Below, piece by piece: positions 45,467-55,976 of a stretch of DNA of 64,000 bases. How positions within the stretch are numbered: position 1 is the stretch's first letter; each line of letters begins with the position of its first letter. Position numbers and translations under genes: made by a program. Location: positions 106,399-170,398 of the forward strand of contig CAWCBM010000004.1 in the NCBI GenBank assembly GCA_963793775.1. The letters are read 5' to 3'. The notes beneath the pieces are model-generated. The model did no database searches, was not told the origin of the DNA, and saw only the letters and a list, made by a program, of their open reading frames with translations. This stretch comes from an uncultured Solirubrobacterales bacterium (lineage in GTDB: Bacteria > Actinomycetota > Thermoleophilia > Solirubrobacterales > 70-9).

Positions 45467-46374
45467 CAGACCGGGACGCCCGCCAGGCGCTCGCCGACCC
45501 ATTCGGTGGAGGCGATGTGGCGGTTCATGCCGAGTTCCCTGGGCTCGTAGCCGAGCGCGAGGCCGACGAGCTGCGGGAGGTGCAGGATGGCGAGGCCGAG
45601 GTCGCGGTTGACCACCTTTGCCGCCTCCGGCTGCTGCATGTCGAGGTTTAAGTGGCAGAGCGGGCAGGGCGTCACCAGGCAGTCGGCGCCCTGCTCGAGC
45701 GCGTCGAGGACGTGGGTCCCCGCCTGGCGCAGCGACGTCTCCCGGTTCATCGTGATGATCGGGAAGCCGCAGCACTTGCGCGCGCCCTCGTACTCGACCA
45801 CCTCGCCGCCGAGGGTGTCGATCACCTTCTCGAGGTAGAGGTCGCGCTCCGGGTACTCCTCGTATCCGAGCCGGTGCCTGGGCCGGATGACGTAGCAGCC
45901 GTAGAACGGGCCGACCCGCAGGCCGGCGAGCGGGCGGACGACCTTCTCCTTCAGCCGGTCGAGCCCGTAGTCCTCGACCAGCACCCAGAGGAAGTTCTTG
46001 TTCTCGAACCCGTCCTTGCCCTTGACGTACTCGAGCCCCTCGCCGGCGAGCACCTCGTTGATGTGGGCGCGATAGGCCGAGTCGGCGTCGAGGCGCTGCT
46101 GGCACTCCGACTGCGCGCCCTGGCAGGTGGAGCAGATGTTCATCATCGCCAGTCCGGTCGACTGGGCGAGCGCGAACGTGCGGGCGTTCAGCGTGTCGGC
46201 GAGCTCCTGGTTGTGCTCGGCGATCACCCCGGCGCCGCAGCAGTTCGCCCGATCGAGCTCGACGAGCTCGATCCCGAGCTTGTCGGCCACCAGCGCCATC
46301 GAGCCGTGAAGCTCGGTGGTGAACCCGCGTGACACGCAGCCGGGCCAGTAGGCGAGCTTGAGGCCGTCGGTCAT
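45466..46374 (-). CDS. HdrB-like CCG-domain subunit (SdhE-type subunit of non-classical succinate dehydrogenase / thiol:fumarate reductase-like)
   Basis: Tail of track ORF 45466..47355 from the ATG at 46374 (ATGA overlap with sdhB), 302 aa. It carries two Cys-rich CCG repeats (WPGC...CCGAG...C.TC and GCY...KCCGFP...PCPLCHLNL). Confidence 0.85.
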   Translation of the reverse strand: MTDGLKLAYWPGCVSRGFTTELHGSMALVADKLGIELVELDRANCCGAGVIAEHNQELADTLNARTFALAQSTGLAMMNICSTCQGAQSECQQRLDADSAYRAHINEVLAGEGLEYVKGKDGFENKNFLWVLVEDYGLDRLKEKVVRPLAGLRVGPFYGCYVIRPRHRLGYEEYPERDLYLEKVIDTLGGEVVEYEGARKCCGFPIITMNRETSLRQAGTHVLDALEQGADCLVTPCPLCHLNLDMQQPEAAKVVNRDLGLAILHLPQLVGLALGYEPRELGMNRHIASTEWVGERLAGVPV

Positions 46375-47540
46375 GCGCTGCCCTCCTCGGGTTCGTTGGC
46401 TCTCTCGGCGGCCGCCTCGGCCTCGGCCGCCAACGCCTCCGGTGCCATCTCGTCGGGCTCGGGCTCCTCGGCCTCCTCGCCGGCGATGTAGAGGTTGAGC
46501 TCGGTCCGGTGCTCCTCGGCGTGCGCGTAGACGCGCTTCACCTGGTCCTGCGCGTCGCCCGGGAGCTTGGGATGGACGCCGGGGATCAGCTTCCCGAGCG
46601 AGCGCATCTTGCCGGTACGCACGCCCCGGATCGCGGTCGGGATCGAGCCCAGGAGGCCCTTGATCGCGGCCGGCCTCGGGATCAGCTTGCCCTTCACGCC
46701 GGGCGCGTATGACTCCTGCAGGAGCAGCGACTCGTCGAGCGTGCCCTTCTTCTCGATGATGTTCACGAACGCGGCCTCGTGGTTGTGGCCGTTGTTCTTG
46801 TCGTGGATGTCCCGCTCGCCGGCGGCGCGGCGCAGGCGCATGATCTGGTCCATCGGCGCGACGTCCTTGGGGCAGGCGTCGATGCACGAGAAGCAGTGGG
46901 TGCAGTCGTAGATTCCGTGCGGGTCCTGGGCGAGGTCGTAGAGTCGCTCCCTGGTCTCGACGTCGCGCGGGTCGCCGACGAACCGGTAGGCCTTGGCGAG
47001 CGCCGCCGGGCCGATGAAGTCGGGGTCCACCTCCATCGACAAGCACGAGGAGACGCAGGCGCCGCACTGGATGCAGGCGATCGTCTGCGTAATGTCGACC
47101 ATCGACTCGGGCGGGACGATCCGCTCGCGCTCGGGCGGGTCGCCGTCGTCGAGCAGCCACGGGGTGACCCGGCGGATCTTTTCCCAGTGGGTCGACTCCA
47201 TGTCGGTCACCAGGTCCTTGACCACCGGCATGTTCCCCATCGGCTCGACGACGATCGGGTTCGGGCCGCCGTTCATGCGGTTGGCCCCCTCGTGCGCCTC
47301 GCCGATCTGGGTCTTGCAGGCGAGGGTCGACTCGCCGTTGATCTTCACGCCGCACGAGCCGCAGATCGCCGCCCGGCAGGAGCAGCGGACGGCGAGCGAG
47401 CCGTCCTCGCGGTCCTTTGTCTGCAGCAGGCCGTCGAGGACCGACAGGGTGGGGTCGAGCTCGACGTCGAAGCTCTCCCAGTAGGGAGGGTCGCCGCTAT
47501 CGGGCTGAAAGCGCCTGACTTTGAGGGTGTACTCGGCCAT
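46371..47540 (-). CDS. sdhB: Succinate dehydrogenase/fumarate reductase iron-sulfur subunit with a ~130-aa C-terminal extension
   Basis: 389-aa ORF. The 2Fe-2S motif is [23 protein letters not shown]. The first ferredoxin motif is [11 protein letters not shown]. The second motif, [12 protein letters not shown], is CxxCxxCxxxCP, with the extra Cys characteristic of type-E enzymes. Confidence 0.9.
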   Translation of the reverse strand: MAEYTLKVRRFQPDSGDPPYWESFDVELDPTLSVLDGLLQTKDREDGSLAVRCSCRAAICGSCGVKINGESTLACKTQIGEAHEGANRMNGGPNPIVVEPMGNMPVVKDLVTDMESTHWEKIRRVTPWLLDDGDPPERERIVPPESMVDITQTIACIQCGACVSSCLSMEVDPDFIGPAALAKAYRFVGDPRDVETRERLYDLAQDPHGIYDCTHCFSCIDACPKDVAPMDQIMRLRRAAGERDIHDKNNGHNHEAAFVNIIEKKGTLDESLLLQESYAPGVKGKLIPRPAAIKGLLGSIPTAIRGVRTGKMRSLGKLIPGVHPKLPGDAQDQVKRVYAHAEEHRTELNLYIAGEEAEEPEPDEMAPEALAAEAEAAAERANEPEEGSA

Positions 47541-47546
47541 CTCGGT

Positions 47547-49244
47547 CTAATACGTCCTCTCCATAGGTTGCCACTCGGTGATCGTCACCTCGGAGTAGGA
47601 GATCTCGGGCTCGCCGCCTTCGCCGAGGCGCATGTCGATGTGCTTGAGCCACTCCTCGTCGTTTCGCTCCGGGTAGTCGGTGCGGAACTGCGCCCCCCGG
47701 CTCTCGGTTCGGTGCAGGGCGCCGACGCAGGCACACTCGGCGTTGTCGAGCATGTAGCCGAGCTCGAGCGCCCCGAGCAGGTCCTGGTTGAAGACGTCTG
47801 ACTTGTCGTCGATGTAGGCGCTCTTCGCCTCCTCTTGCAGGCGCTTGACGATCTCGAGCGCCGTCTTGATCCCCTCCTCGTCGCGGAACACCGCGACGTA
47901 CTTGTCCATGGTCTCGCCCAGCTCCTGGCGGATCTCCGAGATCCGCCGCCCGGAGCCGCGTTCGCGTCCCATGATCTCCTCGATCATCCGCTCCTGGTCT
48001 GAGAGCACCGACTTGGAGGGGCGTCCGCCGCGGATTCCCTTCGCCCGGTTGGCGGCGTGGACGCCTGAGCGGCGGCCGAAGATCAGCGTGTCGAGCAGGG
48101 AGTTGGCGCCCAGCCGGTTGCCGCCGTGGACCGAGACGCACGCGACCTCGCCGGCCGCGTAGAGGCCGGGGACGTCGGTGGCGCCGTCGACGTCGGTCTT
48201 CACCCCGCCCATCGTGTAGTGGTTGCCCGGCTTGATGTGGATGGGCTCGCGGGTGATGTCGACGCCGGCGAAGTCGCGGCCGACGAGCACGATCTCGCGC
48301 AGCGCTTCGTGGATGCGCTTGCGCGGCACCACCGTGACGTCCAGCGCCACCGTGCCGTCGGGGAAGCCGCGGCCCTCCTTGATCTCGGTCTGCTCGGCGC
48401 GCGAGACGACGTCGCGCGAGGCGAGCTCCATCTTGTTCGGCGCGTATTTCTCCATGAACCGCTCGCCGTTTGCGTTCAGCAGGTGCGCGCCCTCGCCCCG
48501 CGCGCCCTCGGTGATCAGGAAGCCCTTGCCGGCGAGCGTCGTGGGGTGGTACTGGATCATCTCCATGTCCATCAGCGGCGCGCCCACGCGGTAGGCCATC
48601 GAGATCCCGTCGCCCGTGCAGATCAGCGCGTTGGTAGTCGGCCGCCACGCCTGTCCGTTGCCGCCGGTGGCGAGGATCACGTTCTCGGCCTCGAACAGCT
48701 CCATCGAGCCGTCGCGGACGTTTCGCAGCACCGCGCCGCAGCAGGCGCCGGAGTCGTCGAGCGCGAGCGCGGTGGTGAAGTACTCCTCGTAGCGGTCGAC
48801 GGCCTCGGAGTACTTCATCAGCTGCTCGTAGAGCACGTGCATGATCGCCTGGCCCGTGATGTCGGCGACGTAGTAGGTGCGCGCCTGGGAGGCTCCGCCG
48901 AAGGCCCGGGTGCCGAGCTTTCCCTCCTCGTTGCGGTGAAAGGGCACGCCGAGGTGCTCGAGGTGCAGGATCTCCTCGGGTGCCTCCCGGGTCATGATCG
49001 CGATCGCGTCCTGGTCGCCGAGGTAGTCCGAGCCCTTGACGGTGTCGAAGGCGTGGGACTCCCAGGTGTCGCCCTCGCCGAGCGCCGCGTTGATCCCGCC
49101 CTGGGCGGCGTTCGAGTGCGAGCGAACGGGGTGGACCTTGGAGACGATGCCCACGCTCACCCCCTGCTCGGCGGCGGCGAGGGCGGCTCGCTGGCCGGCG
49201 AGGCCGGCTCCGATCACAAGGACGTCGTGCCGCGGCATCCGCAA
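47547..49244 (-). CDS. sdhA: Succinate dehydrogenase/fumarate reductase flavoprotein subunit
   Basis: 565-aa ORF: [20 protein letters not shown]...[12 protein letters not shown]...HPTT...RLGANSLLD. Confidence 0.95.
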   Translation of the reverse strand: MRMPRHDVLVIGAGLAGQRAALAAAEQGVSVGIVSKVHPVRSHSNAAQGGINAALGEGDTWESHAFDTVKGSDYLGDQDAIAIMTREAPEEILHLEHLGVPFHRNEEGKLGTRAFGGASQARTYYVADITGQAIMHVLYEQLMKYSEAVDRYEEYFTTALALDDSGACCGAVLRNVRDGSMELFEAENVILATGGNGQAWRPTTNALICTGDGISMAYRVGAPLMDMEMIQYHPTTLAGKGFLITEGARGEGAHLLNANGERFMEKYAPNKMELASRDVVSRAEQTEIKEGRGFPDGTVALDVTVVPRKRIHEALREIVLVGRDFAGVDITREPIHIKPGNHYTMGGVKTDVDGATDVPGLYAAGEVACVSVHGGNRLGANSLLDTLIFGRRSGVHAANRAKGIRGGRPSKSVLSDQERMIEEIMGRERGSGRRISEIRQELGETMDKYVAVFRDEEGIKTALEIVKRLQEEAKSAYIDDKSDVFNQDLLGALELGYMLDNAECACVGALHRTESRGAQFRTDYPERNDEEWLKHIDMRLGEGGEPEISYSEVTITEWQPMERTY

Positions 49245-49262
49245 TCGATCCTATAGATCGCT

Positions 49263-50201
49263 CTAGCGGCCGAGCGCCGAGATCGCCTGGTTCAAGTCGC
49301 GCTCTCGCTCCGCGATCAGGCGCTCGCCGGTGAGCCGCAGGGCGCGGAGGTTGAGCTCGGTGGCGTTGTCGAGGTCGTCGCTGGCCGTGGTGAGCTCGGT
49401 CTGGAAGCGAAAGAAGCGCTCCTCGCCGAGCAGCTGGGTGAGCTGGTAGTCGACCACGTCGCTGGCGCCGTCGAAGACGACGTCGATCAGCGGCCGCGCC
49501 CACTGGACCAGGCCCCAGCCGCTGACCGCCTCGTACGGGAACGGGCGGGTGAGCTGGCCGGTTCCGAGCGAGACCAGCACGACCTCGGCGCCGGGCGTGT
49601 AGCGCATCACCTCCGCCACCGCGCACATCCCAGGGTTGACCGCGAACACGCCGCCGTCGATGAGCGGGCGGTCGCCGAGCAGCGCCGGCTCGAAGTAGGT
49701 CGGCGCCGACGAGGTCGCGCGGGCGACGGCGCGGAGCGCGAAGTCGCGGCTCGGGTCCTCGCGCGCGCGGGCGCTCTTGAAGAACTCGGGCCGGCGGCGC
49801 TCGGTGTCGTAGCTCGGGATCAGGACGTCGGTGACCGTGTCGCGCAGCCTCGCCTCGCCGAGGTACCGGCCGAGCGCGTCCTCGAGCCCGTCGTCGTCGT
49901 ACTTCTCGTCGGCCAGGCCCTCGACCGAGTGGATCCGCTGCCAGACCGTGCGATCGAAGATCTTGGGGCCCTCGTCCTGGTACAGGTCCACCAGGCGCTC
50001 GGCGGAGAGCGCGTCCGGCTTCGCCAGTGCGCAGGCGAGGATGCCCCCGGTGGAGGTGCCGGCGATGAGGTCGAAGAGATCTGCCGTGGGGCGCCCGCTG
50101 CGGCGCTCGAACTCGGCCAGTACAAGCGCCGGGATCAGCCCCCGGATGCCACCGCCGTCGATCGAGAGGATGTTGACGCGCTCGGGCACGGGCTCACCCA
50201 T
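49263..50201 (-). CDS. Patatin-like phospholipase
   Basis: Internal ATG (50201) of ORF 49263..50249: ILSIDGGGIRGLIPA (oxyanion hole), GTSTGG (GxSxG) and IDGGVFAVNP (catalytic Asp). Confidence 0.85.
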   Translation of the reverse strand: MGEPVPERVNILSIDGGGIRGLIPALVLAEFERRSGRPTADLFDLIAGTSTGGILACALAKPDALSAERLVDLYQDEGPKIFDRTVWQRIHSVEGLADEKYDDDGLEDALGRYLGEARLRDTVTDVLIPSYDTERRRPEFFKSARAREDPSRDFALRAVARATSSAPTYFEPALLGDRPLIDGGVFAVNPGMCAVAEVMRYTPGAEVVLVSLGTGQLTRPFPYEAVSGWGLVQWARPLIDVVFDGASDVVDYQLTQLLGEERFFRFQTELTTASDDLDNATELNLRALRLTGERLIAERERDLNQAISALGR

Positions 50202-50202
50202 C

Positions 50203-51378
50203 TCAGACGCTCGGCGGCGCGCGCATCGAGAGTGCGTCGCGCAGCGCACGGCCGACCTGGTCCGCGGTGATCACGCCACGCAGGCGCCCCTCGGCGTCGA
50301 CGGCGGCCAACCCGCCCAGCCGTCGGAGGGCGTCGTTGCCGAGCAACGATTCGAGCGGCGCGTCGTCGCGCACCCTCAGGGTGTCGCCCGAGTCGACCTC
50401 GAACACGTCCCCCACCCGGCTCGTCTCCGGCGCCGAGTCGGCGACCTCCCGGACGATCAGGCCGCGGAAGCGGTCGGCCGAGTCGACCACCGGAAACCAC
50501 GGCCACCGGTAGCGAAGGAAGTACTCGTCGAGCGCCCGCTCGACGCTCGCGTCCTCGGGGATCGCGACCGGATCGTGGTCCATCACGTCGGCGACCCGGA
50601 TGCCCTCGATCCGGCTCGAGACCTCGGATTGGACGGCGTACCCGCGCGCCGACTGGCCGAGGATGAAGCCGACCAGCGCGAGCCAGATGCCGCCGATCAC
50701 GTCGCCGGCGAGCAGCAGCAGCAGGCCGACGGCGATGAACACGTAGGAGAAGCCGCGGCCGAGCGTCGCGGCAAACCGGGTGGCGCGGGTCCGGTCCCCG
50801 GTGACCCGCCAGGCGATCGCGCGGGCGATGCGCCCGCCGTCGAGCGGGAACGCGGGGATCAGGTTGAAGACGAGCACCAGGGCGTTGATGCTCGCCAGCC
50901 AGGTGATCATCGCCAGGAGGCCTGAGACGTCGGCGTTCGAGTCGACCAGCACCGCCTTCCAGAACTGATCACTGCCCACGGCCGCGATCCCGATTCCGGC
51001 GCAGGCGAGCGCGATCGCCAGCGTCACCAGCGGCCCGGCGACCGCGACCTTGAACTCGGTTCCGGGCGAGTCGGTGTCGCGGGTCATCCGGGCGATGCCC
51101 CCGAACAGCCACAGGGTGATGTCGGAGATCGGGATTCCGCGCCGGATGGCAACGACGGCGTGGCCGAGCTCGTGCAGCAGGATCGAGGCGAAGAAAAGGA
51201 GCGCGCTCGCCACCGCCAGCAGATAGGGCTCGCTGTCGGAGCTGGCGGCGCCGAGCACGTCGCGGTAGTAGTCCGACAGCCAGATGATCACCAGGAACAG
51301 GACCAGGAACCACGAGTAGTCGACGCTGATCCTGATCCCGCGGATGCGTAGGAGGGTGAGCTGGCCGCGCACGGGCAT
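50203..51378 (-). CDS. Site-2 protease family (M50) metalloprotease with tandem CBS domains
   Basis: Internal ATG (51378) of ORF 50203..51624: HELGHAVVA zinc motif, NLIPAFPLDGGR, and a C-terminal CBS pair (VADVMDHDPVAIPED...LRGVITADQV). Confidence 0.85.
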   Translation of the reverse strand: MPVRGQLTLLRIRGIRISVDYSWFLVLFLVIIWLSDYYRDVLGAASSDSEPYLLAVASALLFFASILLHELGHAVVAIRRGIPISDITLWLFGGIARMTRDTDSPGTEFKVAVAGPLVTLAIALACAGIGIAAVGSDQFWKAVLVDSNADVSGLLAMITWLASINALVLVFNLIPAFPLDGGRIARAIAWRVTGDRTRATRFAATLGRGFSYVFIAVGLLLLLAGDVIGGIWLALVGFILGQSARGYAVQSEVSSRIEGIRVADVMDHDPVAIPEDASVERALDEYFLRYRWPWFPVVDSADRFRGLIVREVADSAPETSRVGDVFEVDSGDTLRVRDDAPLESLLGNDALRRLGGLAAVDAEGRLRGVITADQVGRALRDALSMRAPPSV

Positions 51379-51433
51379 GGGGGCATCGTTCCATACGCGC
51401 GCGGGCGCTCTGTGGATGTAGCTTGTCGCGCCC

Positions 51434-52643
51434 ATGACCACCGCGACCGGGGCCGGGACGGCACAGGCCGAACGCGAATGGGCTCGCGCCCTGCTCGAGG
51501 AGCTGGCCGCGATCGAGCGCCCCTCGGCCTCGGAGGGCGAGCGCGAGGCGGCCGGGTGGATCGTCGACCGCCTGGCCGAGCTCGGCGCCGAAGCGCGAAT
51601 CGAGCCCGAGCGTGCGCACGGCACCTACTGGTGGCCGCTCGGGATCGGCGCCGCCGGGGCGACCGCCGCCAACCTGGCGGCGCTTCGCGGCAGGAGGCTG
51701 CTCGCAGGCGGCCTGGGAGCGCTGGCCGCTGCCGCGATCGCCGACGAGTACCCGCCCGGCAAGCGACGCCTGCGCAACCGCCTCTCGCAGCGAACCACCC
51801 ACAACGTCATCTGCGAGCTCGGGCCGGCCGACGCTCAGCGGACCATCGTCATCGTCGCCCATCACGACGCCGCCCACTCCGGCCTCATCTTCCACCCCCA
51901 GATCCCGGAGACGATGTTCCGCCGGCTCGGGGTGCCGATCGAGCTCTTCGACACCAGTCCGGCGCTGATGTGGCCGCTCGCCGCCTCGCCGCTGCTGGCG
52001 ATCGGCTCGGCGCTCACCGGCAGGCGCGGCCCCGCCCGGCTCGGGGCGCTGCTCGGGCTCGGCTACGCCGCCGCGATGGCCGAGATCGGCGCCCGCGACG
52101 TCGTCCCCGGCGCCAACGACAACGGCACGGCGGTGATCCTGCTGCTCGGGCTGGCGCGGGCGCTGACCGCCGCGCCGACGTCCAACACCCGGGTGATCCT
52201 GCTCTCGGCCGGGTCCGAGGAGTCGTTCTCCGAGGGCATGAAGGCGTTCGGCGAGCGCCACTTCGCTGAGCTGCCGACCGACTCGACCTTCGTCTGCTGC
52301 GTCGACACCGTCGGCTCGCCGACCCTCAGCGTGCTCCGCGGCGAGGGCTTCCTGCGGATGCACGAGTACCCGGCCGACGCGCTGGCGCTGATCGACGGGC
52401 TCGCCGAGGAGCTCGAGATCCCGATGGTCCCGAACCTGCGGCTTCGAAACGGCACCGACGGCCTCGAGCCGCTGTGCGCCGGCTATCCCACCGTCACGCT
52501 CGTGCTCGGTCACCGACTTGAAGCAGCCGGCCAACTACCACTGGCCGACCGACACGGCCGAGAACGTGGACTACGGCACGCTCAGCAACGCCATCCGCCT
52601 GGTCGAAGCCCTGATCCGCCGCCTGGACGAGCGCTGGCTATAG
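51434..52643 (+). pseudogene. M28 family metallopeptidase, C-terminal ~45 aa in the next frame (1-nt frame break near 52507)
   Basis: ORF 51434..52954 is family-like to ...CAGYPTVTLV (HHDAAHSG, GANDNGTAVILLLGLARAL, GSEESFSEG). The family-typical end VTDLKQPANYHWPTDTAENVDYGTLSNAIRLVEALIRRLDERWL* is in frame +1 and stops at 52641..52643. The track ORF beyond that point is junk. Confidence 0.7.
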
Positions 52644-52701
52644 CCGAACGCGCAGTTAGTCGCCATAGTGGCCAACAACTTCGCGTTCGGCGAGCGCGGG
52701 C

Positions 52702-53437
52702 CTACTGGAGCAGGATGCCGCCTAGGCGGACGTCCGAGGCGGTGCCGGTGCCCGTGTCGAGCGCGATCGAGTGGGTGCCGGCCGCGACGGTGGCCACGCC
52801 GATGAGCGTCAGCTGGCCCGGTGGCGCGCCGGTAACCGTGAACGTGGCACCCGGAACAGGCGATCCCGTCCACCTCCACCGTGTACGTGCAGGGCGCGGC
52901 GCAGGACGGCACCAGGGTGACGATCACGAACAACCGACCCGGACGGGCGAGTGAAAACGATCCGCTGCTCGCACTGAGCACGAACCCGTCGCTCAGCTGA
53001 CCCGCCGCGAAATCCTCGCCGAGCAGGCTGCCGTTATTGACCTTCGCCGAGTCGACCGAGCCGTTGGCGAGCTTGCCGCCGTTCACCGATCCCTGGACGA
53101 TCTTCTGTCGCGTTACGGCGTCGTCGGCGAGTTTCGGCGTGGTCACCGCGGCGTCGCCGAGGGTGCTTGTGATCACGGCGCCGGCGGCGAGCTTGGTCGA
53201 CGAGATCGCGCCAGGGGCGACAGCGGCATTGGCCACCGCGGAGTTGGCGAGCTTGCTCTTCTTCACCGCGTCCTTGGCGATTGCCTTCGACTTCACCGAC
53301 CCCGGAGCGAGGTTCTTCGCCTTGACGTTGTCGTTGCCGGGGAGCGCCGCCGCGGTCCCGCTGAGGGCGACGAAGAGGGCCACGTAGGCGACCGCGTTGG
53401 ACCGCAGGTGCCCGCCGATCCGCTCTGAGGGAGTCAC
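52702..53437 (-). pseudogene. Membrane-anchored protein with ~11 tandem decapeptide repeats and a beta-rich C-terminal domain; 1-nt frame break near 52855
   Basis: ORF 52571..53437 has the N-terminal anchor AVAYVALFVALSGTAAALPG, then the repeats VKAKNLAPGS/VKSKAIAKDA/VKKSKLANSA/.../VTTPKLADDA/VTRQKIVQGS/VNGGKLANGS/VDSAKVNNGS, then ...CAAPCTYTVEVDGI. After that the track frame becomes His/Arg junk. My +1 frame translation continues PGATFTVTGAPPGQLTLIGVATVAAGTHSIALDTGTGTASDVRLGGILLQ* (stop 52704..52702). Confidence 0.55.
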
Positions 53438-53447
53438 CGGGGTGCCA

Positions 53448-54257
53448 TTACCCGTCTGCCGGGTCGGTGAACTCCGCCGGCTCGCCCGAGAGCGCCGCCT
53501 GGACGGCGGCGAGCTGGTTCGGTGAGCCGATCAGCGACCGCTGGGTCTCGGCCTCCAGCCGCAGGCCGGCCTCCGGGCCGGAGCGCCAGCCCTCGTTGAG
53601 GACGCGCTTCGCGCCCCTGACGGCGTCCGGCGACATGCTCGCGATCTCGGCGGCGAGCGCGAGCGCCTCGGCGTGCGGGTCGTCGGCGATCCGGGTCACC
53701 AGCCCGATCCGAAGCGCCTCCTCGGCCTCCACCGTCCGCCCCGTGAGCGTCAGCTCCTTGGCGACGTCGATCCCGACCAGGTCGGGGAGCGTCTGGGTCA
53801 GGCCCATGTCGGGGACGAGGCCGTAGCGGATCTCCATCACCGACATCCGCGTGTCGGGCGCCGCGATCCGGATGTCGGCGGCGAGCGCCAGCTGCAGCCC
53901 GCCGCCGAGACAGGCGCCGTGGACGGCTGCGAGCACCGGTACCTCCAGGCGCTGCCAGTCGTAGGTGGAGCGCTGGGCGAAGTTGGCGACGTCGCCGTCG
54001 GCGCGCGAAAAGGCGCGCTCGGGATCGAGCCCGGTGCCGGTCATGATCGCCTTGAAGTCGAGCCCGGCGCAGAAGCTCGGCCCCTCGCCGGAGAGCACGA
54101 CCACGCGGACGCGGGAGGTGGCGGCAACCTCGGCCGCGCCGGCGACCAGCGCCTCGTACATCTCCGCGTCGAGTCCGTTGTGTTTTTCGCCGCGAGCCAG
54201 GCGGACGTCGGCGACGCCGCCGTCGCCGATGTCGATCGCGAGGCGGTCGGAGCTCAC
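53448..54257 (-). CDS. Enoyl-CoA hydratase/isomerase (crotonase) family protein
   Basis: C-terminal 269 codons of track ORF 53448..55976, taken from the GTG at 54257 (GTGA overlap with the aidB-like stop at 54256..54254): VSSDRLAIDIGDGGVADVRLARGEKHNGLD...VVVLSGEGPSFCAGLDF...AAVHGACLGGGLQLALAADIRIA. Confidence 0.9.
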   Translation of the reverse strand: MSSDRLAIDIGDGGVADVRLARGEKHNGLDAEMYEALVAGAAEVAATSRVRVVVLSGEGPSFCAGLDFKAIMTGTGLDPERAFSRADGDVANFAQRSTYDWQRLEVPVLAAVHGACLGGGLQLALAADIRIAAPDTRMSVMEIRYGLVPDMGLTQTLPDLVGIDVAKELTLTGRTVEAEEALRIGLVTRIADDPHAEALALAAEIASMSPDAVRGAKRVLNEGWRSGPEAGLRLEAETQRSLIGSPNQLAAVQAALSGEPAEFTDPADG

Positions 54258-55976
54258 GAGAGCGGCACCGGCGCGTGCCGCTCGATGATCCGCCCGAAGT
54301 CCGTGCCCGGCGGCAGGGTCCCGAAGGCGCGGCCGGCGTCGCCGGCGAGTCGCGAGGCGCAGAAGGCGTCGGCCACCGCCGCGTCGCCGAAGCGAACCAG
54401 CAGCGAGCCCTGCAGTACGAGCGCCATCCACTCGACCACCCGCCGGGCGCGGCTCTCGATCGCCTCGAGGTCGGTGAGCTCCTCGCGCAGCTCTGCGGTG
54501 GCGGCGTCGAGCCGCGGGTCCACGCCGCGCGGCCTCGTCGACCTCGGCGAAGTACGCCTCCAGCGCCTGCGGCGAGCGGGCGATGCCGCGGAGCACGTCG
54601 AGGCACTGGACGTTGCCGGAGCCCTCCCAGATCGAGTTCAGCGGGGCCTCGCGGTAAAGCCGCGGCATCCCCGACTCCTCCACGTAGCCGTTGCCGCCGA
54701 AGCACTCGAGCGCCTCGGCCGCGTGCATCGGCGCCCGTTTGGTGGTCCAGTACTTGAGGACGGCGTTGGCGATGCGCTTCAACTGCGTCGCCTGCTCGTC
54801 GCCGGCGATCGACTCGTCGTAGGCGCGGGCGAGGCGCAGGGCGGAGATCGTCGCCGCCTCGGACTCGACCGCGAGGTCGGCGAGCACGTTTCGCATCAGC
54901 GGCTGGTCGATCAGCAGCTTCCCGAAGGCCGAGCGCTGTGAGGTGTGGTGGATCGCGTGGGCGGTCCCGTAGCGCATCTCTCCGGCGGCGCCGAGCGTGC
55001 AGTCGAGCCGGGTGTGGTTGACCATCTCGATGATCGTCGGCACCCCGCGGCCCTCCTCGCCCACCAGCCGCGCCCAGGCGCCGCGGAACTCGACCTCCGA
55101 CGAGGCGTTGGAGCGATTTCCGAGCTTGTCCTTGAGCCGCTGGATCTGGATCGCGTTGCGCTCGCCGTCGGGGTTGAAGCGCGGTAGGAGGAAGCACGAG
55201 AGGCCGCCCTCGGCCTGCGCGAGGACGAGGAAGGCGTCGCACATCGGCGCCGACATGAACCACTTGTGGCCCGTGATGGCGTACTCGCCGCCGGGCCCGC
55301 CGCCGTTCGCCGGCACCGCGACGCTGGTGTTCGCGCGCACGTCCGAGCCGCCCTGCTTCTCGGTCATCCCCATGCCGCAGAGAGCGCCTGGCTTGTCGGG
55401 AGCGGGGCGAAGCTCGCCGTCGTAGGCGAGCGACATGAACCTCGGCTCCCACTCGGCCGCCAGCTCCGGCTGCTTTCGCAGCGCCGGGATCACCGAGTAG
55501 GTCATCGACAGCGGGCAGCCGACGCCGGCCTCGGCGTGGCCGAACGCCATGAACATCGCCGCGCGCGCCACGTGGGCGCCCGGCTGGGGCTCGCGCCAGG
55601 GCAGCGCGTGGACGCCGAGCTGGACCCCGGCGCTGAGCAGCTCGTGCCAGGCGGGGTGGAACTCGACCTCGTCGATCCGGTGGCCGAAGCGGTCATGGGT
55701 GCGCAGCCTCGGCGGGTTCTCGTTCGCCTCGGCGCCCCAGCGGATGGCCCGAGCCGAGCCGCCGAAGGCGCCGGCCTCGCGGACCCGAGGCTCTGCCCAG
55801 TCGCCGCCCTCCCGGCGAAGCGCCTCGACCAGGACCCGGTCGGTGTCGTAGGTGTTGAAGTTCTCCAGCGGCGAGGCCTGGTTTGCCACCTCGTGCGTGG
55901 GGGCCTCGGTGGGGGTCTCAAGCTGGGACACGGGCTGGCTCCTTCGCTGTGACTGCGCGGACGCAGAATTGGACAA
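54254..55976 (-). pseudogene. AidB-like acyl-CoA dehydrogenase, C-terminal ~90 aa in the next frame (1-nt frame break near 54525)
   Basis: The N-terminal ~480 aa of ORF 53448..55976 align in my memory with E. coli AidB (GMGMTEKQGGSDVRANTS..., GHKWFMSAPMCDAFLVLAQAEGGLSCFLLPRF, IQRLKDKLGNRSNASSEVEF, SIWEGSGNVQCLDVLR). After ...AYFAEVDEAARR the frame turns to Arg junk. The real end VDPRLDAATAELREELTDLE...GRIIERHAPVPLS* is ORF 54254..54523. Confidence 0.8.

Noticed and set aside
47497-49626. 709-aa minus-strand ORF overlapping sdhA
   Set aside because: It is an out-of-frame shadow of sdhA (same strand, different frame) made of Arg/Pro/Gly junk. sdhA in frame 47547..49244 has all flavoprotein motifs.
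50969-52534. 521-aa minus-strand ORF
   Set aside because: It is antisense to the M28 peptidase and overlaps the M50 protease N-terminus out of frame. No family signature is visible.
53434-55452. 672-aa minus-strand ORF
   Set aside because: It is an alternative frame of the crotonase and aidB-like genes, with Arg/Pro/Gly-rich composition.
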